The notes beneath the pieces are model-generated. The model made no database searches. It saw only the letters and a list, made by a program, of their open reading frames with translations, and was not told the origin of the DNA. Both the position numbers and the translations under genes were made by a program. A stretch of DNA of 64,000 nucleotides from an uncultured Thermomicrobiales bacterium (GTDB lineage Bacteria > Chloroflexota > Chloroflexia > Thermomicrobiales > CFX8), in assembly GCA_964577155.1 (NCBI GenBank), contig CAZNYB010000005.1, positions 1,429 to 65,428 of the forward strand, written 5' to 3'. Numbering within the stretch: the first letter of the stretch is position 1; every line of letters starts with the position of its first letter. Shown one piece after another: positions 55,541 through 64,000 of the stretch.

Positions 55541-56994
55541 GACGCGGCTTGAATCTCCTGATTCGAATGTTCCAGTGTTGGTAACCGGATAGATATCCGC
55601 GTTCCCTGGCCAACGACACTCTCTACCTGTAGCGTGCCGCCGGCTGATTCCGCGCGTTCTTCCATAATTTTCAATCCAAACTGCGGTCCATCGCTACGAG
55701 ATGAGACCTGCGGACCAAAACCAACACCATCATCTTGAATAGTAACGACCAGTTGTTGATCCTCTCTGGATACCGTCACATTCGCATGTTCTGCTTGAGC
55801 ATGTTTACGAACGTTGGTCAGCGATTCCTGAACGATTCGCAGTAACTGTAGTTCAGCCATCGGGGAGAGCTTGACCCGCTTGCTATCCTCGGTTGCCGTA
55901 AATCTGGCCACGATTCCGGTCTGATCCTGCCACTGCTCCGCAAAGAGCTGCAGCAAATCAATACTGTTACCAGAACGCTCTTGTGCCAGTCGCAGACCCA
56001 GAATGTTCTCTCGGACATCGGTATACGCTTCACGCGCTGCCCGGGCAAGTTGCGTGAGCTGTTCCTGAGCAGGTTCCAGTTGGCCAGACCGTAAAAATTC
56101 GTGAATCGCCTGGGCTTTCATGTTGACGTACCCGAGAACTTGCGCGAGGCTGTCGTGCATTTCCCTTGCGATGCGATCTCTCTCCTCAGCCACCGCAAAC
56201 GCGTGCACCTGACGATGCAACCTGGCATTGTCTATCGCCAGCGCCGCTTGCGTGGCAAACCGTTCCAACCTGGCCTGATCGGCGAGCGTGAAGGTGCGCC
56301 CGGACCGGCTATCAGTTAAATAGAGACTGCCAGTAATCCTGTCTTCGCCCACAACAGGCACTGCTAGCAGCGAACGCATAGGAGGATGGTTCTCAGGAAA
56401 ACCTATCGAACGCGGATCTTTCTGCATCTCATCCAATCGGATCGAGGTGCCGTTCTGGATCGGCACGCCAAGCAAACCCTTGCCAACCGGTTCCGAGCCA
56501 ATCCGCGCTCGCTCCTCTGGACGAAGCCCTGAGGTAAGGAACGATTCGACTTGCCCGTCGTCGCCAACAAGCGCCAGTGCTCCGTAGCGTGCATTTCCCA
56601 GGTCTCGAGCTTCTTCGACAACGCGCTGAAGGACGGTCTCGAGATCCAGTGCGCTGGTAATTGCAATGCCGGCCTCCTGCAAAGCTTGCAGTTCCTGATT
56701 CTGCCTGGCGAGTCGGGTTTGCATAGCGCCTACGACTGAAAATATGACCTGGCTGAAGCCAAGCACGGCCACCACGATCAGCCCTCCGAGAACCAGTTTG
56801 CCTTGCCAGGTATCGAAAAAAGTATGCAGCCAGGTCCTCCGAAGGATCTCCAGCAAACCGAGGAAAAGCAGAGGGGCAAGAATCGTAATCCACTTGAGCC
56901 AGCGCAACCGCCCGGCTTCAATCTCGTCAGGCTCAAGATTCTTATCTTCGGATGGCTTCAATGTCCACCTCCGTCGATACTGTGCGCCCGGCAC
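55537..56994 (-). CDS. GAF-domain sensor histidine kinase (HisKA_3/NarX-type)
   Basis: Two N-terminal TM helices, central GAF-like region (ARYGALALVGDDGQ...LAVPV), H-box IAREMHDSLAQ, HATPase_c (DDGVGF, GLKIMEERA). 4-nt ATGA overlap with the regulator gene. Confidence 0.85.
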   Translation of the reverse strand: MPGAQYRRRWTLKPSEDKNLEPDEIEAGRLRWLKWITILAPLLFLGLLEILRRTWLHTFFDTWQGKLVLGGLIVVAVLGFSQVIFSVVGAMQTRLARQNQELQALQEAGIAITSALDLETVLQRVVEEARDLGNARYGALALVGDDGQVESFLTSGLRPEERARIGSEPVGKGLLGVPIQNGTSIRLDEMQKDPRSIGFPENHPPMRSLLAVPVVGEDRITGSLYLTDSRSGRTFTLADQARLERFATQAALAIDNARLHRQVHAFAVAEERDRIAREMHDSLAQVLGYVNMKAQAIHEFLRSGQLEPAQEQLTQLARAAREAYTDVRENILGLRLAQERSGNSIDLLQLFAEQWQDQTGIVARFTATEDSKRVKLSPMAELQLLRIVQESLTNVRKHAQAEHANVTVSREDQQLVVTIQDDGVGFGPQVSSRSDGPQFGLKIMEERAESAGGTLQVESVVGQGTRISIRLPTLEHSNQEIQAAS

Positions 56995-57384
56995 AGGCTC
57001 AGGCAGCGCTGATCAGCTTCATCACAGGATGAAGGTACCAAATCCGATCCGGGAAGTTCACCGCTATCCGGTTCGCTGTCATACTGTAAAAGAAAGTCAA
57101 ATGAAGCTCTTCTTCAAGCCAGCCGAGCCAGATTCGATGCCGAATCCTCGGAGGCAATCGTCATTTCAACGTTCATGAGCGTTGGCGGATGCACCGGTCT
57201 GCACGAAATTGGCTCTGCTGGCCGGTATAATTGCGTTTTGTTTGAGTTGATGTTGCCTACTAAAATCATCGAAGAACTCCTCAATGCAGCGTTTGAATTC
57301 CTGTCCAGCCACTGAAAATCCAGTTGACCCAGCATGCGCCTCAACCCACCACGCTTGCCAGACGCGCCAGTTTGACGCTCATCA

Positions 57385-58062
57385 ATGAGCTTTCAACTGT
57401 TTGTCGCTATCAGCATCATCGTTTGGCTCTCGATAGTCATTGTTCTGCTTGTTGTCACAGTGGCGAAAGCCCAGTCACCATTGCTCCAGGAAATTTCCAG
57501 GCTGCTATCTTTTACTCCAGCATCGCCTGAGAATACGAAAGTGGCGACGGAGCGGGCGTCCTCTGCCAGACACACGTTGCCACGAAACGTTCCTGCATAC
57601 ACCACTCAATCAACATCGCTTTCTTCCCAACAGATTTCGTACCAGAAGAAACTTGCAGTCCTTGGCGCATACCTCGACCGGCAGCAACGAACGTTCACCG
57701 CCATCTGGGAACTCAGCGATGGCTACCTGCTTCAGACCGTCCGTGCCGGTTCTTCTCAGATTGACTATTTAAAGGTATCCAATCTCCAGCTGAATTCACT
57801 CGCGGAAGCGTCGCTAACGATTGATGTCAAACCAGGATTTTCCAGCACCTTGCTGGGTGGCATTGGCGGTGTGTTCGACCAGCGCCGGGCAACAACCGTT
57901 CAACTGGCAGTCGTAGGCCGAAATGTTGTCACCGGAGGATTGGAGCTTACGTCACAACCGGATGTTTTGACAACGGATCAGAGACAAGCCATATATCGAC
58001 CGTTCCAGGATGTGTTTGCAATGCCGTCCAGTTCCCATCCTGCCCAAAGTCCCGATGCGTGA
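57385..58062 (+). CDS. Uncharacterised membrane-anchored protein with two copies of a ~30-aa LG..LD...E..GFLV-type unit
   Basis: N-terminal TM helix (LFVAISIIVWLSIVIVLLVV), Ser/Thr/Gln-rich linker, then LAVLGAYLDRQQRTFTAIWELSDGYLLQTV and the degenerate LLGGIGGVFDQRRATTVQLAVVGRNVVT. Confidence 0.55.
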   Translation: MSFQLFVAISIIVWLSIVIVLLVVTVAKAQSPLLQEISRLLSFTPASPENTKVATERASSARHTLPRNVPAYTTQSTSLSSQQISYQKKLAVLGAYLDRQQRTFTAIWELSDGYLLQTVRAGSSQIDYLKVSNLQLNSLAEASLTIDVKPGFSSTLLGGIGGVFDQRRATTVQLAVVGRNVVTGGLELTSQPDVLTTDQRQAIYRPFQDVFAMPSSSHPAQSPDA

Positions 58063-58083
58063 CGATAAACTTAACTGTATTCG

Positions 58084-58683
58084 ATGCAGTTCCCTGTGCA
58101 AGCACAAGAGGAACTTCGCCGCATCATACACAAGCACCATTGCTCTGAAGATCGGAACATTCCGGTGACATCCAACGTCGGATCAGCCGGCCATGGGCCA
58201 ATCGAATCTACCCCACCTCGTCCAGTGGAGTTGAGCTTGCAAGACCGGCTAGGGGTAATAGGACGGCAACTTGACAGACAGACATGTTCTAATGCCGCGA
58301 TCATGGAAGTTGCCGGCGGATTCCTGGTGAAAGTTCGTTCTGTTGGTCACCCGGCGCCGAGCGTCATTGAGTTCAAAGACGAAGAATTTCCGGCACGAGT
58401 CAGAGAATCGATTCCCCGGCGAGGCGAACACCACCAACCAGGAGCGCATTCAGACCTTCTGCCGACCGGATACGAAGATTTCCTGCGTGCGCTCGGATAC
58501 GAACTGGACCGGATGGCTGCGGAAAACGTTGTCGTTACCGAGTTCGTAAGTCTTCTCACCGTCACCGGCATTAGCCCGACGATTGAACATGGTTTGACGA
58601 AACACCGCACCTTTGCCTATGCACTCAATAGCCCGGGAGTCCAGAGGCTACTTGCTGCCGCAGCCGCCAGGCGCACTACCTGA
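58084..58683 (+). CDS. Uncharacterised soluble paralogue with two copies of the same unit
   Basis: LGVIGRQLDRQTCSNAAIMEVAGGFLVKV and FLRALGYELDRMAAENVVVTEFVSLLTVTG. Starts 21 nt after the upstream paralogue stop. Confidence 0.55.
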   Translation: MQFPVQAQEELRRIIHKHHCSEDRNIPVTSNVGSAGHGPIESTPPRPVELSLQDRLGVIGRQLDRQTCSNAAIMEVAGGFLVKVRSVGHPAPSVIEFKDEEFPARVRESIPRRGEHHQPGAHSDLLPTGYEDFLRALGYELDRMAAENVVVTEFVSLLTVTGISPTIEHGLTKHRTFAYALNSPGVQRLLAAAAARRTT

Positions 58684-58687
58684 GTAT

Positions 58688-60328
58688 CTAGCCTGCCCAA
58701 CCAGGACCGGTCACGAACCGCCCCGGTGTTGCGCCAGTGTGCCTGCTGTTGTCCAGCACCCGTACGCCATTTACCCAGACATCACGCACACCGCTCGAGA
58801 GCTGATGCGGCTCGTCAAACGTCGAATTGTCCCCGATCGTCTGCGGATCGAAAATGATGATGTCAGCGAAGTTCCCGGCTCGCAAACTGCCGCGATCACG
58901 CATGCTCAGCCGGTCAGCAACCGACGAGCTCATTTTCCGAACCGCGTCCTCTAACGTCAGCACTCCCTCATCCCGCACATATTTCCCTAACACCCGTGGG
59001 TACGTGCCATAGGCTCTAGGATGTGTCGGTCCCTGTGGAGCAGCCCACTCCGGATCCAATCCTCCGGCGTCGGTGGAAACTTTGATCCATGGCTGTTGCA
59101 GTTGAAGAGCGATATTCTCCTCCGTCATCCCGAAATAGACAGTAAAGATCCGCTGCCGTTCACTCAGCAGCAGATCGATGATCGCATCAACCGGTTCCTG
59201 CTCCCGCAGCCGGGCAATTTCCGCCAGCCGCATGCCGGTGTACTGTTTGTTCTCCTCTTGTTCAAACCCGACCGGCATCACGCCTTCCGCGCCAGCTTCA
59301 TCCAGCATCGTTTCCCAACCGCCGCTCGGGTTCAGCACCTCTTCACGGATCTTCATTCGCATATCCGGGTCAGCTAGGTTCTCGTAGAGCTTGCCATCCG
59401 CCTCCGCCCACGGCGGCAGACACGACGACAAGCCGGTGCCGCTGGCGACATAGGGATACATATCGCTGGTGATATCGAGACCCTCGGCACGAGCAGCATC
59501 GATCATCTCGATAACCTTCGGGATCTTGTGCCAGTTCGTTCGCCCGGCGGCCTTCAAGTGGTAGATCTCGATCGCGACGCCGGAGCGGCGGCCTATCTCA
59601 ATCGTCTCCTCCAACGCCTCAATCAGTGTCTCGGCTTCGGAGCGCATATGGGTGATGTAGACACCGTGATGTTCGGCAACCACCTTGCAAATTTCGACGA
59701 TTTCGTCTGTATCGACATAGGCTTCAGGCGGGTAAATCAACGCGTAGGAAACGCCAAATGCGCCATCTTCCATGGCCTCAGCCATGACCCGGCGCATCGT
59801 ATCGAGCTCATCAGCATTCGCCGGTCCCATCTCCAATCCTTTGCTAAAGCCGCGCAAGGTGCCGCCGCCAAGAAACGAGCCGACATTTGGCGAAACGCCA
59901 GACGTCACCATCGCCTCCAGCCAGTCGCGAAACCGCCCCCAGCTCCTGGCTTGCTCCTCCCACTCATTCATGTCTGGTGCATTCGCACCTGGAATTGGAG
60001 ACTCAAGCCGGCCTCCGAACGGGGCTGGCGTCCAGCCTTCGCCCATAACCTCAGTCGTCACGCCCTGGGTGATTTTCGATAGACAACGACCGTCGCGCAT
60101 CAGCGGACGAATCGAATGGCTCTGGATATCAATGAAGCCGGGACTGACCACCATGCCGGTTGCGTCAACGACCGTATGAGCATGTTCAGGATTAACTTTG
60201 CCTGCCGGCAGGATTCCGGCTATGCGGTCACCGGTGACCAGCACATCACCGTAAAACCACGGGTTACCGGACCCGTCGACGATCTTTCCACCAGCGATCA
60301 ACAAATCATGCTTCTCTGCGGACATCAA
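58688..60328 (-). CDS. N-acyl-D-amino-acid deacylase (D-aminoacylase) family amidohydrolase
   Basis: DLLIAGGKIVDGSG...GFIDIQSHS metal-binding start and C-terminal beta-sandwich (FADIIIFDP...VWVNG), typical of D-aminoacylases. 546 aa. Confidence 0.8.
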   Translation of the reverse strand: MMSAEKHDLLIAGGKIVDGSGNPWFYGDVLVTGDRIAGILPAGKVNPEHAHTVVDATGMVVSPGFIDIQSHSIRPLMRDGRCLSKITQGVTTEVMGEGWTPAPFGGRLESPIPGANAPDMNEWEEQARSWGRFRDWLEAMVTSGVSPNVGSFLGGGTLRGFSKGLEMGPANADELDTMRRVMAEAMEDGAFGVSYALIYPPEAYVDTDEIVEICKVVAEHHGVYITHMRSEAETLIEALEETIEIGRRSGVAIEIYHLKAAGRTNWHKIPKVIEMIDAARAEGLDITSDMYPYVASGTGLSSCLPPWAEADGKLYENLADPDMRMKIREEVLNPSGGWETMLDEAGAEGVMPVGFEQEENKQYTGMRLAEIARLREQEPVDAIIDLLLSERQRIFTVYFGMTEENIALQLQQPWIKVSTDAGGLDPEWAAPQGPTHPRAYGTYPRVLGKYVRDEGVLTLEDAVRKMSSSVADRLSMRDRGSLRAGNFADIIIFDPQTIGDNSTFDEPHQLSSGVRDVWVNGVRVLDNSRHTGATPGRFVTGPGWAG

Positions 60329-60401
60329 CTACACCTTCTCAATCATCTGATCCCAAAATCATTGTCAAAGCCTACATAGCTGGATGATCTCTTTATAGAT
60401 A

Positions 60402-61961
60402 TTGACAGAAATCGTGTCTAATGTGACGATGCCTTTCGTGGATTTACGACGTCAATTCAGGTTCGTGCATGCACACTGGGCGGCACTTGCAGCTGTCATC
60501 ATAGCCGGTGCGCTCTTGCGACTCCAGAATCTCAACGCAACCGGTTTCAACAGTGACGAGGCCGTGTATACCGGCCAGGGCGCGGCAATTGCCGGCGATA
60601 ACCTTCTGACTCCGCTCTTCCCCATCTTTCGAGCGCACCCGCTGCTCTTTCAATTCGCAATGGCGATCATATTTCCTTTTTTTAGCACTACAAGCTATGA
60701 CACGGTTGCGCGGATTCTCGCAGTGATAGCCGGTCTACTTACGGTCATCATCACCTATAAGATCGGGACGCTGCTCTACAACCGCAACGCGGGTCTGGTC
60801 GCAGCTGCCATCGTCGCATTGACCCCGTACCATGTCATCGTATCGCGGCAAGCGTTGCTCGACGGCCCTATGACCTTGCTGGCCTCGCTCACTCTGTACT
60901 TTATCGCACGGTATGGGGTTGAACGCCAATCCGAGTGGCTCTACGCGGCTGGTGCAGCCATGGGCCTGACCGTACTGGCGAAGGAGCCCGCCATCGTGCT
61001 CATAGCGGCGATCTTCGGATTCTTCGCGACATCACCAGAAATCGGTGTCAGGTTCAAGGATCTGTCCATAGCCGCCGCGCTCATGTTCCTGACCCTGGCA
61101 TTCTTCCCGCTGGCGCTCCTGCTGGCTGGTGGCGGCGGGCAATCGACCGCCGAACAGTACCTGAGCTGGCAGCTATTCCGGCGGCCAAACCACGACTGGA
61201 CCTTCTACTTGATCGAGACGCCGAAAGCGATCGGCCCGCTGGTATTTCTCCTACTAATCGCCGGGCTGCTCTACTTCAGGAAAGAGATTGGCTGGCGAGA
61301 GCGACTGTTGCTGAGCTGGATGCTAACCCCGATCATCTTCTTCCAGCTCTGGCCAGTCAAAGGGTTTCAGTATCTCCTGCCGATTGTCGTGCCGATCGCG
61401 GTGCTTTGCGGCTGGGTACTCACACAGATCTATTCTTCAGCGAACAATCGCTCTTTGCAGCGTACCGGCATAGCATTGTTGATGACTATCTTGGTTTTCA
61501 GCCTGATCATCCCAAGCTGGATCTGGACACAACCCGCAGCTGGAGAACACTTGCTTGCGGGTTCTGGTGGTGTGCCTGGCGGACGCGAAACCGGCGAGTG
61601 GATCCGGGATCATACGCCTGCAGCTTCAACCGTTATGACTATCGGACCTTCGATGGCAAACATCATTCAGTTTTACGGACATCGCAGAGCCTACGGCATC
61701 TCGGTTAGCCCGAACCCGCTTCACCGGAACCCGTCATACGACCCGATAGATAACCCTGATTTTGAGCTGAGAAGTGGCGAGTTTCAGTACCTCATTTGGG
61801 ATACCTATTCCGCAAGCCGTTCGAGCTTCTTTTCCGAGAAGCTGCTTACCTATTCACGGCGATACAACGGACGGGTTGTTCACACAGAAACGGTGCTGAC
61901 CAGCACCGCGAACGGCAGCGTTGAAACACCGGTTATTGTTGTGTATGAGGTGCGCCCGTGA
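60402..61961 (+). CDS. Glycosyltransferase family 39 (ArnT/PMT-like) membrane protein
   Basis: Early FNSDEAVY (DE motif in the first loop) and >10 TM helices, with a soluble C-terminal domain. Start codon uncertain (TTG 60402 or later). Confidence 0.75.
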   Translation: MTEIVSNVTMPFVDLRRQFRFVHAHWAALAAVIIAGALLRLQNLNATGFNSDEAVYTGQGAAIAGDNLLTPLFPIFRAHPLLFQFAMAIIFPFFSTTSYDTVARILAVIAGLLTVIITYKIGTLLYNRNAGLVAAAIVALTPYHVIVSRQALLDGPMTLLASLTLYFIARYGVERQSEWLYAAGAAMGLTVLAKEPAIVLIAAIFGFFATSPEIGVRFKDLSIAAALMFLTLAFFPLALLLAGGGGQSTAEQYLSWQLFRRPNHDWTFYLIETPKAIGPLVFLLLIAGLLYFRKEIGWRERLLLSWMLTPIIFFQLWPVKGFQYLLPIVVPIAVLCGWVLTQIYSSANNRSLQRTGIALLMTILVFSLIIPSWIWTQPAAGEHLLAGSGGVPGGRETGEWIRDHTPAASTVMTIGPSMANIIQFYGHRRAYGISVSPNPLHRNPSYDPIDNPDFELRSGEFQYLIWDTYSASRSSFFSEKLLTYSRRYNGRVVHTETVLTSTANGSVETPVIVVYEVRP

Positions 61962-63283
61962 AGAAGATGATCGTCGTCATCACACTGTTTGTAATGATTC
62001 AGCAACCGGGGATCGCGAAACTCCAGACGCCGACGACGCCGATCGAACATCTCATCGTTGTCATGCAGGAGAACCATAGCTTCGACAACTACTTTGGCAC
62101 CTATCCAGGTGCGGACGGCATTCCGCCAGGAACTTGCATGCCCATCGATCCGGAAGATGCGTCAAACGACGACTGTGTAGAACCGTTCCACATTGGCGAT
62201 ATGCCAGTCGAAGACCTCAGCCACAATGTGCAGACACATTACGGACAATTCCGAGAAGGCGCGATGGATGGGTTCATCCATGCCCTGTCCCAGAACGGCC
62301 GCTATACGGATCTGGCAATGGGCTACTACGACGATCGCGACATCCCGTTTTACTGGAATCTTGCTGATCAATACGTGCTGTTTGACCGTTTTTTCAGTTC
62401 AGCGGCAGGTGGAAGTGTCAATAATCATCTGTATTGGGTCTCTGGCCAACCCGGAAACCTGGAAGATGAGATTCCGCCTGGAGGCTGGACTGGCATTCCA
62501 ACCATATTCGACAGGCTTGAGGAGGCAGGAATCTCCTGGAAGTTCTATGTGGAGAATTATGATCCGACAATAACGATTCTCAACCGCGTCCTTGGTGATC
62601 GAGGCGCTCAGGTCGTCTGGGTTCCACTGCTTGCCTACCCCCGATATATCGAAGATCCGGAGTTGTTCAGCCACATCGTGCACCTGGACGAATATTATGA
62701 CGACCTCGCAAACGATACGTTGCCGGCAGTCGCCTATATCGTCCCGTCCGGCGCCAGCGAACATCCACCCGGCAGCATCCGTGCCGGGCAACGGTTTACC
62801 AAAAATATGATCAATGCGCTGATGCGCTCATCTGTCTGGGAAAGCTCTGCCTTCATGATCACATACGACGACTGGGGAGGTTGGTATGACCACGTAGCGC
62901 CACCGGTCGTGGATGAGTACGGATATGGATTTCGTGTTCCTGCGTTTCTAGTGAGCCCCTATGCAAAACGGGGGCACATCGACAACACAACGCTCGATTA
63001 CACATCCATCCTGAAGTTCATTGAAGATAACTGGGGGCTGCAACCCCTGGCTAGCCGGGACGCTAACGCGAACAGCATTGCTACTGCATTTGCATTTGAT
63101 CAACCCTCAAGGGCGGCGGAGATCATCCCGGGGGAACGATTATCAGGGACCGATGACCCGCCTCAGCGAGAAATTATCTATGTTGCTTACGGATTCGCCA
63201 TTCTGATTCCGCTGTCGGTCATGTCTTGGGCGGTTTTGCATTCGAGGAAACGGAACCGCGGTAACTTCAGGTATCAGCGGTGA
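61958..63283 (+). CDS. Phosphoesterase family protein (phospholipase C / AcpA acid-phosphatase type), signal peptide plus C-terminal TM anchor
   Basis: IEHLIVVMQENHSFDNYFGTYPGADG signature and YDDWGGWYDHV block. GTG start overlaps the GT39 stop (GTGA). Confidence 0.8.
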   Translation: MKKMIVVITLFVMIQQPGIAKLQTPTTPIEHLIVVMQENHSFDNYFGTYPGADGIPPGTCMPIDPEDASNDDCVEPFHIGDMPVEDLSHNVQTHYGQFREGAMDGFIHALSQNGRYTDLAMGYYDDRDIPFYWNLADQYVLFDRFFSSAAGGSVNNHLYWVSGQPGNLEDEIPPGGWTGIPTIFDRLEEAGISWKFYVENYDPTITILNRVLGDRGAQVVWVPLLAYPRYIEDPELFSHIVHLDEYYDDLANDTLPAVAYIVPSGASEHPPGSIRAGQRFTKNMINALMRSSVWESSAFMITYDDWGGWYDHVAPPVVDEYGYGFRVPAFLVSPYAKRGHIDNTTLDYTSILKFIEDNWGLQPLASRDANANSIATAFAFDQPSRAAEIIPGERLSGTDDPPQREIIYVAYGFAILIPLSVMSWAVLHSRKRNRGNFRYQR

Positions 63284-64000
63284 AACAATTGCAACTGGCA
63301 TTCATATCATCCCTTGCGATGCTGCTCATCGTTTGGTTCGCGCCAACTGAAGCCGGGGCTACAGGTTGCTACGTACCAGGCACCAGGATAGCCGATGTAT
63401 GGATTCCGATCCTACCTAGAGAAGTATTGTTCGAGGACGGATTTGAAAGCGGAACTCTCGACAAGTGGAGTCAGTTCAGTGGATTTGAAATCCGCAGTAA
63501 CAGTACAGCCTCAGGCAGGATGTCCGCTGAACCGTCGGATAGCGATAGCGCCAGGCTTCTTCAGCTGGATTTGGAAGCTGACCAGAGATCGATCCGGCTT
63601 GAAGTAGCTATCAAAATTCTCTCGCCTGCCCTCGGTCAACCGATGACGATTCTTGAAATCAAAGACATCGAAGACACTCCCATCCTCAGCATCATCCTGC
63701 ATCTGGACGGAACCGCAGCGGTTAAAACGCGGAAAAATCTGGTGCTGAATTCCAACAAACCAATTGATGATTCGGCGTGGCACACGATACAGCTCGACTA
63801 CCGGCCTACGAATCAACATGCGGGGAAAACGCAACTCTGGATCGATCACGAGGAAACACCAGCTATCAACGTCTACCATCCCGAGCCATACGGAAGAGTG
63901 AGCAACGTCGTGTTTGGAGATAGCCTGAGTGATCAGTCAGGTAAATTCGCCATCGACAATGTGAAGCTTGGCCTGCACACCACGGAACAACTGAACAACG
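63280..64000 (+). CDS. Partial CDS: secreted protein with concanavalin-A-like lectin/LamG-like features (runs off the window)
   Basis: My own translation from GTG 63280 (GTGA overlap with the upstream stop) is open for all 240 codons to the window end. It shows a signal-peptide-like start (LAFISSLAMLLIVWFAPTEAGA), then FEDGFESGTLDKWS ... WHTIQLDY ... FAIDNVKL, reminiscent of LamG/laminin-G-like folds. Not in the ORF track because it has no stop. Confidence 0.55.
   Translation, partial: MKQLQLAFISSLAMLLIVWFAPTEAGATGCYVPGTRIADVWIPILPREVLFEDGFESGTLDKWSQFSGFEIRSNSTASGRMSAEPSDSDSARLLQLDLEADQRSIRLEVAIKILSPALGQPMTILEIKDIEDTPILSIILHLDGTAAVKTRKNLVLNSNKPIDDSAWHTIQLDYRPTNQHAGKTQLWIDHEETPAINVYHPEPYGRVSNVVFGDSLSDQSGKFAIDNVKLGLHTTEQLNN

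Noticed and set aside
57114-57344. 76-aa minus-strand ORF in the 390-bp gap between the GAF kinase and the unknown repeat proteins
   Set aside because: No Shine-Dalgarno, low-complexity Ser/Asn/Leu composition and no motif. Insufficient support to call a gene.
1-64000. CRISPR arrays, transposases/integrases, IS inverted repeats, phage genes, toxin-antitoxin pairs or known defence-system genes
   Set aside because: None recognised on either strand. The only repeated DNA-level similarity comes from the two triple-paralogue gene arrays and short intergenic palindromes.

Overview
Gene-dense, moderately GC-rich chromosomal segment with about 50 supportable CDS. I recognised no rRNA, tRNA, CRISPR array, transposase, integrase or prophage signature, so it reads as core or metabolic DNA rather than a mobile island. 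Several features (Thr/Glu/Pro-rich lipoprotein linkers, frequent GTG/TTG starts, 4-nt gene overlaps) are compatible with a Chloroflexota-like organism, but that is a low-confidence inference.

Content in order:
- M50/CBS site-2 protease
- M42 aminopeptidase plus AstE-like deacylase
- ClbS-like protein
- three tandem amidase-signature paralogues
- secreted S11 DD-carboxypeptidase with a long extra C-terminal region
- Sir2 deacylase
- large M14 peptidase
- Tet(M)/Otr(A)-like ribosomal-protection GTPase preceded by a Shine-Dalgarno-equipped overlapping uORF
- short (mitochondrial-type) aconitase
- DAO-family flavoenzyme and formamidase
- EamA transporter and small envelope proteins (DUF4870-like, LiaF-like, YceI)
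- TPP enzyme, flavodoxin and GNAT
- OmpR/HAMP two-component pair
- nitroreductase and MsrAB
- HmuTUV-type heme ABC importer preceded by a DUF3386-like protein
- three tandem M55 (DppA-type) D-aminopeptidase paralogues
- split lipoate-protein ligase (LplB-like plus LplA-like)
- penicillin-acylase-family Ntn hydrolase
- trpS behind a clear T-box leader
- CopA P-type ATPase with a CsoR-type operator
- roughly 1050-aa BNR/Asp-box protein
- ECF sigma/anti-sigma pair
- cupin and a DapA-family lyase
- three-domain NirK (N-terminal cupredoxin) downstream of a GAF histidine kinase and NarL-type regulator
- two paralogous uncharacterised repeat proteins
- D-aminoacylase
- translationally coupled GT39, phosphoesterase and LamG-like secreted-protein cluster running off the window

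No classical defence or mobile system is evident. The leads I consider most worth a second look are:
- the two triple-paralogue hydrolase arrays
- the nirK regulatory neighbourhood with its unknown repeat proteins
- the Tet(M)-like gene with its leader uORF
- several strong palindromes that have no cognate regulator in the window
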